A stretch of 64,000 bases of DNA from Isurus oxyrinchus (Eukaryota), in assembly GCA_026770705.1 (NCBI GenBank), contig JANJGN010000035.1:8990001-9054000 (forward strand), in the 5' to 3' direction. The position numbers and the translations under genes are program-made. The notes beneath the pieces were generated by a model. It made no database searches. It saw nothing but the letters and a program-made list of their open reading frames with translations, and was not told where the DNA came from. Of the stretch, positions 41,030-54,892 are shown in pieces; position 1 is the stretch's first letter, and each line of letters begins with the position of its first letter.

Positions 41030-44000
41030 TTCACGTAAGCAACTAATGCCCACCTGAGTACATCGATTGAATATGACTGCACTACGCTTCGAGGCAGTGC
41101 ATTCTAGACCCGAATAGCTCGTTTTGCAAAAAAAAATGTATTTTTCTCATCTCACATTTCCACCTTTTGCAATTTTCTTTTAAACTGTTCCCCCTCGATC
41201 TTCATAATTTTGAAGCCTGAGTTCTCTGTATCTGCTCCTTTCAGCAGATTTTCAACATGTCTACATAGTCTCCTGTTAAGGTTCTTCTCTCCAAGGAAAA
41301 CGGGCCCAACCTCCCCAATAGATCCTCATAGCTAAAGTTTTTCATCCCTGGAGCCATTGGTTTAAGCCTTTACTGCACTGTATTCAATGTGTTCACATCC
41401 TCCTTATAACGTGGCACCCAGAACCCTGCACAATTTTCCAGCTGATTTCGGACGACTGTTTAATATTATTTCAGCATAACCTAAAAACTGTTGTACACCA
41501 TGCCAATTTTCATAAAGCCCAGCAAATTATATGCTTTATCAGCTGCTCTCAACCTCTCCTAACATGCTCAGTGTTATGTGTGCTGATGAACCCATGCCTT
41601 TTTTCTCCTGAAGCCCTTTCAAAATATCATCCCTTATTTTAAATTGTCGGTCCATGTTATTCCTACCAAAATGCTTCACATCGCACTTTTCCATGTCTGC
41701 CGACTCCACCAATTGTCTATATCCGTGTGAAGCTCTTTACTGCCCCCAATCGCAGTTCACAACATTCCCAAACTTAGTAGCTTGCGCATTTTTTTTTTGA
41801 AAATTCCTCCTCCACACCATGATCCGGAGCATAAATATATATCATGGAAAGCAAGGGTCCCAGTACCGACCACCGGGCCTCTCCACGACAAACCTTCCTC
41901 CAACACAGAAACATTCCACTGACCAGTACTCTTTGCTTCCTATTTTTCAGGAAATTTTGCATCCACGTTGCTAGTCTTCCGTTTACCCATGCACCCTATT
42001 TTTCTCACAATCTATTGAATAGCACTGTCTTAAAAGTCTTTTAAAAGCCCTTGTACACCAGATCAACAGCATTACCATCACCTGCTTTTTCAGTTACTTC
42101 TTCAAAAGACACCAGCATGCTATCTCTAGAATTGTCTCTATAGAAATGCATGCTGGCTCTTCCTCATCAACATATGTTTTTCTGTTCTATCCAGTGTTTT
42201 TTTTTTGCTAGAACGTTCTCTACCACTGAAGTTAAACTGACTGGTCAGTATTTCCTCAGCTTAAACTTAGAAATATTTATAATCATTAAACAACATGTAT
42301 AATTCTCACGTAATCTGGCAACTTCACAGAATCAAGGAAAGAGTGAAAGTTTACGGCCAGTTGCCCTGCAATTCCTATTCCCACTTCCTTCAATACCCTG
42401 GGCTGCATCTCACCCAGTCCGAATGCCTTGTCAGTCAATTCAACAATCCTTCCTCATCAATTTTGAATTGTTCTACTGCCAGTGCTTCTTCATCTGTCAC
42501 TATGCCCTGGGTAGTATCTAATCCTTGGTAAAGACGGATAAAGTGTTTTCATTCGCTACCGCAAACATGTCTCCTTTGTTCTTGTGCAAAATGTGGTTTA
42601 ATCCATAATCTGTCCTACCCCTCCTTTTATCAAAATTTTCTCCATTTCTATGTCTAAAACGATTATCAGATTCAACTGCACTTTGGCTGCCAGTGTTATC
42701 TCGGTAATCCTTCTTCGCCTCTCTTCGCATTTCCACGTCGGCGATAAACTTTTTTTTTCATCATCCTGGTTGTCAAGTATATTTCCTACCTGACACCTGA
42801 CTGGAACACATTTTCCTTCCTTACCGTAAATTCGATCTCCATTTTCATCCAGGGAGTCTGTGGTTTGTTTGTACTACCATTCCCCTTTGGTGTAATATGC
42901 CTTAACTGTGCCTGAACCAGTTTTTTCTTTAGCATATCCCATCGTTCAGCGATGTATTTCCCTGCAAAAATATCATCCCACTCTATCTGTACCATCTCTA
43001 CTCTTGAGCCATCGAAGTCAGCACTCCTACTTTTAATTATTTTCTTCTCTGGATTGCCTAAATTAATTTCTATAATCATCCTAATAAGTAGAATGTAATG
43101 ATTACTGTCTCCTAAAAGTTCCCACACTGACACTTGGTGTGCTTTACCTGTCATTTTTCTTTTTCTTGTTGGATTGAACATAAATTCCTCCAGAAAAGTC
43201 TTCTGAACGCAATCTAAGACATTTTGCAAATCTACGTTCACTGCTGTGTCTCCATTCGGAGAATTAAAGTCAGCCATTATAAATGCTTGTATGTCTCTGT
43301 AATTTCGCTGCAGGTCTGGTATTCAATGTCCCTCTAATTATTAGACCGTCCATAGACTACACTGGGCAATGTTTTGCATGTTTTTATTGTTCCTTAGCTC
43401 TAACCAAAGAGATTTTGCCCCTGAAACCTCTAGAATATCTGCTTACCCCAGCGATGCTATGCTCTCCTTAACCAATATCACACTCGCTCTTCACTTATTT
43501 CATTTCCTATATCTTCTGAACAACTTGTTACTAGTATTATTGAACCGCAGGTTCTGTCCTTTTTAGAGCCAAATCCATGTTACTGGCACGGTGTCATATT
43601 TTCTCATTGCAATCTGCGCCTTTAACTCCCCAGACTTAATTAGTATACGCCATGCATCCACATATATGCATATTACCCTGATTAAAATTTTGAAAATTTC
43701 TCCCTGACCCCGGCATTATTTATTAGCTTAATATTCTCTATAAAAGTGATTTCTGCCCCGACCAGTATTTTGTGCAATCTGGGATTTCTCCCTAATATTT
43801 CCTCTTGATTCACTCACCCCTGCCAAGTTGTTCTAAGGCCTTCTGAACAGCACGAGCCAAAAGCACTGTGAGATATTCAGCCCCAGCACTGTTCCAGTGC
43901 AAAGCACCCGGCTTGTTCAGGTGCCATCAGCGCCGTAGCCAGTCCCAGGTCACCAGGAAGCTAAAGACCATGTCCGGCACCATCTTTCCAGCCATGCATT

Positions 44001-44680
44001 ACGTTGTCATATCCAGCTTTTCTGTACTCACTGGCACGTGGCAGTGGAACTAAACAGGAAATTATAACATTTGAAGTTTTGCTTTCTATTTTCCTTTATG
44101 GCTCACAAAAAAAAATGTACGACCATGTTCCATTTTCATACCTCAGGGATTCCAACAAAATTTGTCCATGACCTCGGATTGATTAACAACACTACCCCCC
44201 CGCCCCCCCCCCCCCCCCCCCCCCCACGTCTCCGAAGAATAAACTGCAGCCGATATGTAACACTCTTGATCTTTGCACAGGGGGGGGCAACATTACACAC
44301 TGGCGTCAAGTCCACAACCAGAGAACTGCCTGTCTTTCTCTTATCGAGTCATTCCCCCAGTGCTATTTCTATTCATTTCATCTTCCTCCCTTCCTTTGCA
44401 AACAAGACTGTCGTGTTGCCACAAACTTGGGTCTAACTGGACTCTCATGAGGAATCAGTGCCCTAAGCAGCTTCCAAGACAGAAAACCGATTTGCGATTG
44501 GAGCCCAGGGCACTCGAGCATGACCTGCCTACTTCTTTTTGGATTGACTGGTGGTAACCCATTCTCTCCCTTTGTCCTGGTGCTTCATACTGAGTACAAT
44601 GACTTATTTTAATAATAACTGATGCATACAATCTGCAGCCGACAATATTGTCTGTTTTGCCCACCGCCTCAGGGATTGTC
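41030..44680 (-). mobile_element. Decayed CR1 spanning ORF1 to the 3' end
   Basis: ORF 42786-43277 (MADFN..LGDSNH.., endonuclease) and ORF 41774-41962 (NRKQRVLVSG..SVLGPLL..IYI, RT). Confidence 0.8.
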
Positions 44681-45295
44681 TACTGCACACACTTAGGATT
44701 TAAGGAGATTAAAAATGCAACGCAATCCAAACTTATCAGGGGAATCTAAGGCTTTCAGAGAGGGGAGGTTGACATATATCGATCTCAGACTGATTGTCTT
44801 CTTGTTTTTAAAAGTCATCATAAGTCGCCTTGATGTCGGAGGGGCATGAGTCTTCTTTATGTTTTCATTTTAATCACATATATCTGAAACATGGTGAACA
44901 CAATGATCTTCAGGCTCCTGGCGAACTGAACATTTCTCTTTTCCATTTCATCATTCAGTGATGACATGTACCTGTTGAGTGCTGTGAGCTCCCTGCTTGT
45001 GTATTAGTTACCTGTACTCATTCTATCCTGAATATTCTCGATATAATATAGCTGGCAATCATTTCCATCTGCCTCTGGCACAGACGTTCAACTTTTAAAA
45101 TTCAACAATGTGAATTTACTTTGGGCGACAGTCGGCGTGCAGGTGGGGCAGCGAGGTGGGGGATTTCGGCTCTGCTGGTTGTGGTGATGAAGACAACTCA
45201 AGATACCCAGTAAAAAAATAAGCACAGAATCCAAAAAAAATATTTAGCGCAGAGGAATTGAGTTAATCATATAGAAGCCATAAAAAACTACTTGG

Positions 45296-46389
45296 TGTTA
45301 CGAACACAGCCGATGTTATTAGCTGAACAAGCCAAATCCAAAAGGGAAATTTGTCCTGACGATCATAACCTCTCTTTTGTATCTGGTAAACAAGGGGTCG
45401 AACTCTTGATCCCAAAAACAAAGACTGCCATTAAAGCTTTATATTTTCAACGTACTAACAGCAAGAAGACATTGTTAAGCACAAAGGTTTAATTAACACA
45501 CTTAAAACAGTCTTAATAAAAATACCACCACCGCCAACGTCCCACTACCTCCGCCAACAAACACCTCTCCCCCCTTCTCCAACCAGAAAAAAAATGGAAA
45601 AATACTCAAGTAAACAACCTGATAAACTTCCTGGTAATAGCTCGAGTATCGATGGTTAACAGTGAACATCCGGTAGTAATACCCAAGGCAAAATTACTGT
45701 CACTTTACTGAAAGGTAAACCGCAGCACTTCTCAATTGCATTTACTGTGCTGTGGAAATGGAAAAGAGTTCAGAAACAGACTGCAGTATGAAAACATTTG
45801 CCTTTTTGGCTTGAGAATGCATGGCTGCTTAACATTCAAAGCTTTTGTTAGCAGAGAGCTTAAGTGAAGGCGTCTACCACTCACAGCCACACTACTGAGC
45901 TCAACATATTTCCTGGAAAATCCTTCCCACCCCCCCCCCCCCCCTACAACTTAGATTTCATTAGGCCAACTCAACTTTTCCCAAATATGAAAAAAAATCT
46001 CTAATCTATCCCTGTCATCTGGACTTCCAGAAAAAGAAAATTTAAGGAACGTCTTTTTATGACTTATGAAGCATTTAAATTTGTAAACGTTTTTTTTGAA
46101 TTCTAACAGCTGAAAAGTTAAGCCAATCCTATCACGTAATGCAAGTTTTAAAAACCAACCTATTTATTTGTAAATCCACTCCACCAGAAGCTCGAAGATA
46201 TAATGCAAGCGACTGAGAACTTTGCATTTCATTGCTCAGTTCGCACAGACCAGCTGTCTTTTCTAACCTTCCCCCCAATTTAATACCTCATCGACACACA
46301 CATGCACACAGACAGACACACAGACACGCCTTTCGTCACAGAATACCAACATTATCCTAAAGATCTTTAAAAAAAAATCCACCTTCACA
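45296..46389 (-). mobile_element. Candidate LTR of the adjacent Gypsy element
   Basis: The minus strand reads TGTGAAG...CGTAACA (TG..CA termini), just downstream of the pol remnant. No clear PPT or TSD was seen. Confidence 0.35.
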
Positions 46390-46559
46390 GGTCACTGAAC
46401 TGAAATGATGACACGTACTACTTCAAAATATGGTTTGTATTTTAAAAACAACTTGATAATTCTCATCATACTTATGTATACAGTAAGCACATTACTCCAT
46501 GTGTACAGGTATCAAGCTTGATAAAAATGCATTTATTTTTGCAATACTAAAGCTCACTC

Positions 46560-47200
46560 CATTACATTCACAATTTTCCAGTGCCTAAGCCCTTATGAAT
46601 TTAAGCTCTTCACAAAGCTTTACCTGATGTATACTTCTTAAATTACGCTGTTGAATTAATACACTCCATCGGAACAGTCCCATGCATTCATCTCGAATCA
46701 TTTCCAGAAACTTCAAAAAGATGGTGGTGATCACGTGTAACTGTCTCCGAAGAGTGGTTTGCAATTTATAATTAAACATGCTTCAAACCTAAAACCACAT
46801 TAAAGTTATTTTATGCATGAGTAATTCTATCTTCTAATGCACTTTCACCTTCCGTGAGAAATCCCCCACTGTTTTCTCACGTTCATTTTCATCGTCTTGT
46901 GGCAACTCAGCACCAAATTCAAGTGCACTAGCCATTAAGTGCTTTGTAAAATCAGGTGCCATTAGAACAGGTGTATTAGGTAGTACATCACTCAATATGT
47001 CAAACGCATACAAGGCCGCTGCTATCCCCTGTGCTTTTTCCGTAATCCAGTCAGTGGAGTAGCGAGTTTGCTGAAATTTGACATGAAGTTCCAATAAAAT
47101 CCACTAATCTCCTGAAAGCATAAACTTCCAGTTTCCTTGTAGGCGCTGGGAGCACTGGAATAACTGACTTGGAGGGGAAGTTTCAAACATTGGTGTTCCC
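46560..47200 (-). mobile_element. Ty3/Gypsy pol remnant (RT thumb plus RNase H)
   Basis: SGFYWNFMSNFSKLATPLTGLRKK; AFD..TPVLMAPDFTK..QDDENEREKTVGDFSRK; FLEMI..LFRWSVLIQ. The ORF appears to end after RNase H. Confidence 0.85.
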
Positions 47201-47289
47201 AACTGTCGGCTGTCCTTAGCATTCTGTAAGGTGGTAGCCGTGATCGTCGATTTGGATGGTTTTGTAGAAGGCACGGTCGTGAGTTTCTG

Positions 47290-49450
47290 CAATGCATCTT
47301 CTAGTTGGTAGACACTGGATTACTGTGCATCGTTGGTCGATGGAGTGAATGTTTGTTGATTCAAGTTGGCTGCTTTTGCCTGGGTGGTGCCAAGCCTCTT
47401 CAGCGTCATGAGTGCTGCCATCAATTGGGAAATTGCAGTGTATTCCATCACTCTCTAGATGTGTGCCTTGTAGATAGTGCACAGTCACTGGGGAGTCAGG
47501 ACGTGTGTTAACCGTAGCACAATTCCTACCCTCTGTCCTCCACTTGCAGCCACAGTACTATTTTAGCTAGCGCAATTCAATTCCTACTTAGTTGTAGCAC
47601 ACAGGATGTTAGTAGTGGAGGATTTAATGATGGTAATTCTGTCGAACATGAAGGGGAGAAAATTGGATTTCCTCCTTTAAAGGTGGTCATTACCTGACAC
47701 TTGTGAGGTGCGAATGTTATACACAGTCTGAATATTGTCCAGATCTGATGCAATTGGACATGGATATGCTTCAATCCCTGCGGAGCCTAGAGCGGTGTTA
47801 AACATTGTGCAACCATCAGCGAACATCCTCAGTTCTGATCTTATCGTGGAAGGAATTTGATTAATGAAACAGCTGAAATGGGCGAAGTGAGCGCACTACC
47901 GGAGGAACTTCTGCAGTGATGTACAGCAGCTGAAAAGTCTTACCAACTGCAACAACAACCGGCTTCATTTGTGCTAGGAATGACTTCACAAGCGAAGAGT
48001 TCTCCCCCTGTGTCCCATTGTCTCCACATTTGCTACAGGTATTTGATGCCACACTTAGTCAAATGCCGCCTTGATATCAAGGGCAGTCACTTTCCACTCA
48101 ACTTGGGAGATCAGATGTTTCGTCCACGTTTGATCCAGAACAGTAATGAGGTCAGTAGCGGAATAACACTGGCCGAACTGAAGCTGTACGTCAGTGAGCA
48201 GGTTATTGCAAATGACGTGTCGCTTGATAGCACTGTTGATTATCCCTTCCAACACTTTACACATGTCCGAAAGTAGGCAGACTGGGCGGTTATTCGATGG
48301 GTTGGATTTGCCTCCCTTTTTTTCTACAGAACTTACCCTGGCAAATTTCCACATAGCCGGTTAGATGCCACTATTGTGTATGTACTGGAACAGCTTGGCT
48401 TGGTGTGTGGGAAATTCTGGAGTACAGGTTATATGTACTATTGCCATAAGACTGTCAGTGTCCATAACTTCTGAAGTGTCCCGTGCCCTCAACCGTTTCT
48501 TAATGTCACGTGGAGCGATTCTAATTAGCTGAAGACTGGCAACTGTGATGTTGGGGACCTCCAGAGAAGGCCGGGATAGTTTACTCTATTGGCACTTCTG
48601 GTTGAAGAATTTTCCGAACGCTCCAGCCTCATATTTTGCACGGATGTCCTGGTCTCCTCTATCATTGAGGATGGGGAGATTTGAGAACCCTCCACCAGTG
48701 TGTTATTTAATTTTCCACCACCATTAACGACAGGAGGTAGCAGAACTACAGATTTTAGGCCTGGATAAATTGGCTGTCTGTCCTTTATTTCTGCATATCA
48801 TTTGCTGCTTATGCTATTTGACACGCAAGTGCTTCTGTGTTCTAGCTTCACCAAGGTGACGGCTCAGTTTCAGATACGCTTGGTATTGTCTGGGCATTCC
48901 ATCCCGCACTCCTTTTTAAACCAGTGTTGATCCCCTGGCTTGAATACTAATTGGTGATTTGGAGGTATGCAGGGCCATGAGGTTAATTATTGTGTTCCAG
49001 TAAAATTCTGCTGCTGTTGATGTACCTCAGCGCCTCATGAATGTCCAGTATTGTGTTGCTAGATGAATTCAAAATGTATTACTTTCAGAATAGAAGGACT
49101 GCCACACAAAATGATAGCGGGTATCCTCAATGTGAAGGCAGAACTTCGTCTCCGCAACAGCTGAGCCGTGGTCTCTTTTACCAATACTGTAATCAACAGA
49201 TTCATCTATGGCAGGCAGGTTGGTGAGCATGAGGTCAAGTGTGTTTTTTTCCCTTGTGTTGGTTCCCTCATAAACTACCGCAGACCCAGTCCAACAGTCA
49301 TTTCATTTAGTAATCGGCCAGCTCGGTCATTAGTGCAGCTACGAGATTCTCTTTGTTATGGTCGCGGCTGGCATATTATCTGTCAGGTATGATTCCGTGA
49401 AAATGCATCAGTCAGGCTGTTGTTTGACGAGTCGGTGAAGGCGCTTTGCC
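47290..49450 (-). mobile_element. L2/CR1-group LINE (ORF2)
   Basis: ORF 48055-48354: WKFARV..KSNPSNNRPVCLLS..LEGIINSAIKRH..TALDIKAAFD. Confidence 0.85.
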
Positions 49451-49599
49451 AGTTTCTCTCTCAGAAGTTATTAAAAAGTACATTGGAAAGCCGACAGGGC
49501 TGCAATTTCCGTTGTTGTTTCCAGTGCCTAGACCGATGCTGGGTTGTCTGTCTGGTTTCAATCATTTTTTGGGACGTTTTCTCGCTTTTTCTATGATAC

Positions 49600-49815
49600 C
49601 TTAGTGGCTTGCGAGCCAATTTAAAACCAGACACATTTCTGTGGGCCTGTAGCCAAGTGTCGTCCAAAGCAGCTAAGCAAAGCAGATTTCGTAATCAGAG
49701 GGCCTTCGTGAACCAGACGGGCTTTTACAACAATCGACATTTCTTATTAGAAAACCTATTATTTTCCATAAATTCAAAATCCACCATTGGGTTTCAAACA
49801 CGGCCCCTACAGTGC
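49600..49815 (-). mobile_element. Partial shark tRNA-derived SINE
   Basis: cttagtggcttgc..cacatttctgtgggcctgtagcc..gtgaaccagacgggcttttacaacaatc..aattcaaaatccacca. Confidence 0.5.
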
Positions 49816-51155
49816 TGACTCGTTTTTCTTGTTTTTCTTTGGTGTCCGGAGGGTGGTGTTATCCATTTATTGATAAAAGTTAACCCATCACATCTGAATT
49901 GAGTAGCTATGTCATTTGTTTTTTAACTGATTTACTACTAAAACACTTGCGAACCAGCAACCTCCTGTTTTTACATGTTTTACGTTATGATTGTCTGTTA
50001 TCTTGCTAATTTTCCTAAAATATGAGGATACCCTCCATCAAGATTTCGCGGGTTTAGTAACACTGAATGTAAATATTTTATTTTATTCTTAGTATTTAAA
50101 TTAAAATCGGCTGTAGCATTTTAATTTAATCTTCTCATAAATATTCCTACTGATCGGCCCTCGTGCACAATATCAAATTAAAAGAATGATCTAAAATATA
50201 GATATTTATAATTTTTCACTTACTACCCTTAATGTTATCCTATATGTCAAATGTTTGCCCAAATTCCTTCCAGATTTTATTTTTTCTTGATCATGTAGCA
50301 GACTTAAACATTGTATTTGGGTTCCTCTGTAATTATTTTCATAGTCACTCCTTTGCTAATTACTTGTCTGTTTGAGTTCTATTCTCAGCACTTTATCATT
50401 TTCCTGCCATGCAGTCCACTTTTTTGTCCATGCCTCTAGCCTGTCTACCCAAACTCGTAATTTCTGATTATTATGTCAATAGTGCAATACTAATGTTTCA
50501 TTTGTATGGTGTTTATGTAAGATGCTGTTCTCTAACGCTTTTAGAAATGTTTTAAATGTTTATAATTGTCTTTATATATCATATCACACATTGTTCTCGA
50601 TTTTACGTGTAAATGTCGATGCACAGACTGTCCTTGAAGTTTTCTATTTAACCTGTTGAAATGTATTTTCATGCGTATTTATTTGCAAATCATATCTTAA
50701 ATTCTAGTGCATTATGCTCACAATTGTCAATAGTGAATTTTGGTGTGTGTATAGGTGGGGGGCCGGGTTTGGGCTGGCACCAGAGGCTGTTGCTATTTGG
50801 GTGGACTGCCGCCGTTGGTTTGGGGTGAATTTGGAACCTACTCCCTTGGCCTAACCTTTGTGCAGTTCGTTATGCTGTGAATACGATCTGCTTTTAGCTT
50901 TGCCCCAAAAGTCAATAGCTGAATTGAATAATTATAACAGCCTTATGCACATAGGGATACTATCATATAAAAATCCGTCCTATGGAACTTAACTATTCTG
51001 TGGAACTTTTGTTTTCAGTTTGAGAAGCTTTAGAGAACTTTAATGGGGCAAAATAGTTACCACGATTTCTTTGCACCGTATTTCATGCTTAAACAGCTGT
51101 GTACTTACACAATTTCCTTTAATCATTTCATGTTTCCAGTGTTCGAAGAATTGTT

Positions 51156-51914
51156 CGACAATTGTTTAGATGTAATATTCCTGACTGCATGTTTACTTAT
51201 TGCTGCATCTCTTAGCGTTTATCCACTGTTTGTTTTCCTTTGCTCATAATCTATAAGCGCATGACATTAGACGTATTTTAATGCTTAAATGTGATAAATC
51301 TTCATACATTTCAGACATTGTAATTAAGTCATAAAGGTAAGATAAATGTCAGGTTCAGTTGATGTTATTCCTTTTCTGACGACGGCACTTGGGAAAAGTT
51401 ATCTTATAGCGCACAATATCGACACACATTTTGCAATAACGTCCAATGCGTAGTAATTTAAGCCTCAATTCCCATCTGTGTCTGATTATTCTGTTGTCCA
51501 TCATTTCTGTGAATTCATTATTCGAAAATGTGTTAAATGTGCAATGTCCCTGTCAACTTACGATAACCAGCCGTTGAATCGGCATTAAAGGTTCCAAGAT
51601 GGACAGGAAAGTACAATAAATTTAATGTAAGTGCTTAAAGTTGGATTTCAAATATTCAAAGAATTTTTTTTTTTTAAAAAAAGGGCTCAATAATTTTCTA
51701 CAGTTTACACTGATTTCTGTTGAGGACAGGACTGTGGAAATTTAGCGCCTTTTGCAAGGCAGGATGATTATCATGTTTTGAATATATAAAGCGACAATTG
51801 TTTAGATGTAATATTCGTGACTGCATGTTTATTTATTGCTGCATCTCTTAGGGTTTTCCACTCTTTGTTTTCCTTTGCTCATAATCTATAAGCCCATGAC
51901 ATTAGACGTATTTT
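51156..51914 (+). repeat. ~123-bp direct repeat (51156-51279 and 51792-51914)
   Basis: cgacaattgtttagatgtaatattc(c/g)tgactgcatg...gacattagacgtatttt occurs twice with only a few differences. Confidence 0.9.
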
Positions 51915-52799
51915 CCAGTGTCTTCAACGTTCTATATGCGTTTTTCAGAAATATTATTTCCCTAGTCCGTTAGATATTTATTGGAAGCAAACCAAAATGA
52001 AGATTGAAAGGAATACGTAAGTGAGATAATAGCAAACGGTATACCATTAAATGGCCTGCCATGCTAATTATTAGATATCTGAGTAAACATGCGTGATCCA
52101 TGTTGTGCTCTGATTATTCTTACACAACATACAACTTCAAGCTAATAAATCCCATGCATGGTCTCAGTTTACTGACCAAAATAATGTCACATTAGATTTC
52201 TTAACACATGTCTCCAAAGGAATCTTAGGTGGTCACATTTTTCTCAGCTTTTAACTACATTGCTTAAGTTGCATTTAGCAATGCCCGCTTACCATTTTTT
52301 AGTTACAGCGGGTACAGTATCCACCGTCAGATCCGCTTATAAAAAATCCCCATTCATATTCAGCAATGTTTTTATTCCTAAATCGAATCTAATCCTTCGT
52401 TAACTCCTTTTTATACAAGTAAACCTTATCTCTTCAACCTTCTTCACATTTCCTGCTGAATTTCTAATCCTCTTTCCTGACTCAATTCTCTAAAATGTTC
52501 TTTCCTCTGCTCTCGAGTTTTGTATATGTAAACCCACGCTCTTTAAATACAATCTTACGCGAATCAATACTTTTGCATCATGATAACTTTAAACAATCAA
52601 AGATTTTCGAGGGGAGGATCGCTTACTTTGCTCGAACAAAAGGAGGCAGGTTTAATTAGTGATCTGTCCCAGGTAGAATCCATTGTCCTGCTTTAATTTG
52701 CGAAAGAAATATTAATACTATCGACTTACATATTTAATAATAAGCATTGGCACATATCAAGGGTTACATTTTAATCTGTTTTTATGAACACTTTTCCAG

Positions 52800-52957
52800 A
52801 GGAATGGCTTACAAAAATAATGGAAATGCTGGCACATTGCACGGATGTCCAGTTGCACCACCACACCGATTCCCAGCGTGTGTTGCTGGAAATTTTGATT
52901 GAAAATTTCCTGGAGCAGTTCTTGCATGAAGGCATTTTTAGTGAATCTGAATATGAG
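52800..52957 (+). CDS. Exon encoding the first part of a CARD/death-fold domain (NLR-like N-terminus)
   Basis: cttttccag acceptor and GAG|gtggat donor; phase 1/0; stop-free EWLTKIMEMLAHCTDVQLHHHTDSQRVLLEILIENFLEQFLHEGIFSESEYE. The LxxxLxxGxxSxxEYE pattern is typical of CARD helices 2-3. Confidence 0.65.
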
Positions 52958-54489
52958 GTGGATTCCATACCTAATGAAATGGCTTCATGATAATTTATAG
53001 ATAAGATCACAGTTTTCAGCAAATGTGTATGCATGGAAAAAAAGTGGTAAATGCACTTTTGCTCTATCCCCAGTCGAATTCCTGAAATTGATCACAAGTT
53101 TCAGTGTAAACAGTGTTAAAACTGCCCTTTCACTATACCTTGCCGCATTTATTTTTATTATTATTTTTTAAATCTGGAAATGTTAATACATTCAGTAAAT
53201 AGTAACACACTAGTCTACCTTGGAATAACCTTTTTAGCCCTCACAGTGTTCTGAGTCCAATGGTTTGGCGCTGCGTGATCAATGCAATTCCCACATCCGA
53301 ACAGCATTTGGGCTATTCACTAGCTCAATCAATTTAATCTCTGTTCAGAATCTCCCTCATAACGAAACAGACCGTGGCCAGGTGCAGGGAAACCTGCGTG
53401 ATATTCTGGATTGGTGCAACGAATGGCAAAATTCAGAGCACTCAATTGCCACCTCCAAAAGACTGCCCCAAAGCATCCCTTTTTTTCTGGCGACAAACTC
53501 AGCCATGTCAAATTCCTAGTTTCAGCACTTAATCAAGCTCTGATAATGGCCAGCCAAATGTTTTCTCCTTAAGTTAATTACGGGAGGATCTATCTGAAGT
53601 GGCTTGGTGCGCTTCAGATTTTGGTTGCCTTAAGGCATGACGTTCTACCATAAGAAGAATTGACTTTAATAGCACGAATGCAGAGGAGGTTCCATATTGC
53701 CTCGATAGTTATCATTGCGTGAGATACCACTGTGTTTGCATATACTGAGCGCCCTCAGCACAGTTTCAACAGAAATCCTGAATCTTTATCAAACATCTAA
53801 TAACAACGTACATCTATTCTCAGATCAGGAAACAAACTGAGGATAACGACAATAATATTCAAGTGTTGATGAGGTCTATGCTTCCCTGTGCTGTTCATGC
53901 TCTAACAAAGCACCCGGTTGTTTCCAGTTCTGAATGATTTGAGCTACTGCTTGTCGGGTTTTGTGCTAAAAAAATATCTTACGTTCCTCTTCTCATTATC
54001 CCTTCAGATCATTGTCGCCTCTCCACTTGTCGAATATATAACTGGCACAATATTCACACCAAACTAAGAGCTCTTTTAATTACAAAATCATAAGTTTCTT
54101 ACATGCAAGAGGGCAATCGCAAGATTAACCAAGTTCAGGAGATGTGTACCCTTCTACCTTAACCCCCAAAGAAATTTGGTGACCCTGATTAGCACAATTG
54201 CCAAGGGGAAAAAAAAACACTACTCATTTACTCTTCCTACACAGATGCCTGAATCCAATTTGGTTTCTTCCCACAGAAGCTTCATTGAAGTTAGAACTTT
54301 GGAAGGAATCAAATATGAATGCCCCTGAAGCTCTTCGCATATGTTGCTTTAATGCTTTCACCCTGCATCACCCTCTAAGTTTTAAGTGCTTTGAAAGAAT
54401 CACAAACAATTACATAATTAACTGCAGTATGTTTCCCTTTATGGGCGATTGACTTGTCATCGCTCAATTGATACCACGCTTCCCCCTGT

Positions 54490-54892
54490 ATCTCAAGTTT
54501 ATCCATTTAATTCTCAGTACAGTGCTCCAAGTCAAATATCAGTCTTGATAATTCAGTGCAGAACTCCATTGTCTGAAGTTCCATTTATTGCTTCTGACTT
54601 TAAATCGATGCCTCATATGCCTCTAGATCTAAAGCATCACATAACCCTGTTTCGAACAGAAGGAGGGGCATCTTTTCAACTATTTACATTTCAATTTGTA
54701 CCAGCAATAGGAGGTTGTGTTCACATTGTTGTTTGAGAGAATATCTTGAGCTCAAATTAGGTACCGCACATCCAACATTCCAAAGCTTACTATATTGACA
54801 GAAAAAAAACCGTATATGTTAAAAAGTGCTTTGAGAATTTGGCTGGACGTGAGAAGGGCCATACAAATGCAAGTGACTATTTGTTTTTTTTT
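54490..54892 (+). mobile_element. Degenerate DeuSINE (SacSINE1/AmnSINE1-like)
   Basis: Deu-domain-like tcacattgttgtttgagagaat..caaattaggtaccgca, and an L2-type tail aaagtgctttgaga..gtgagaagggccatacaaatgcaagt followed by a T-run. Confidence 0.55.
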
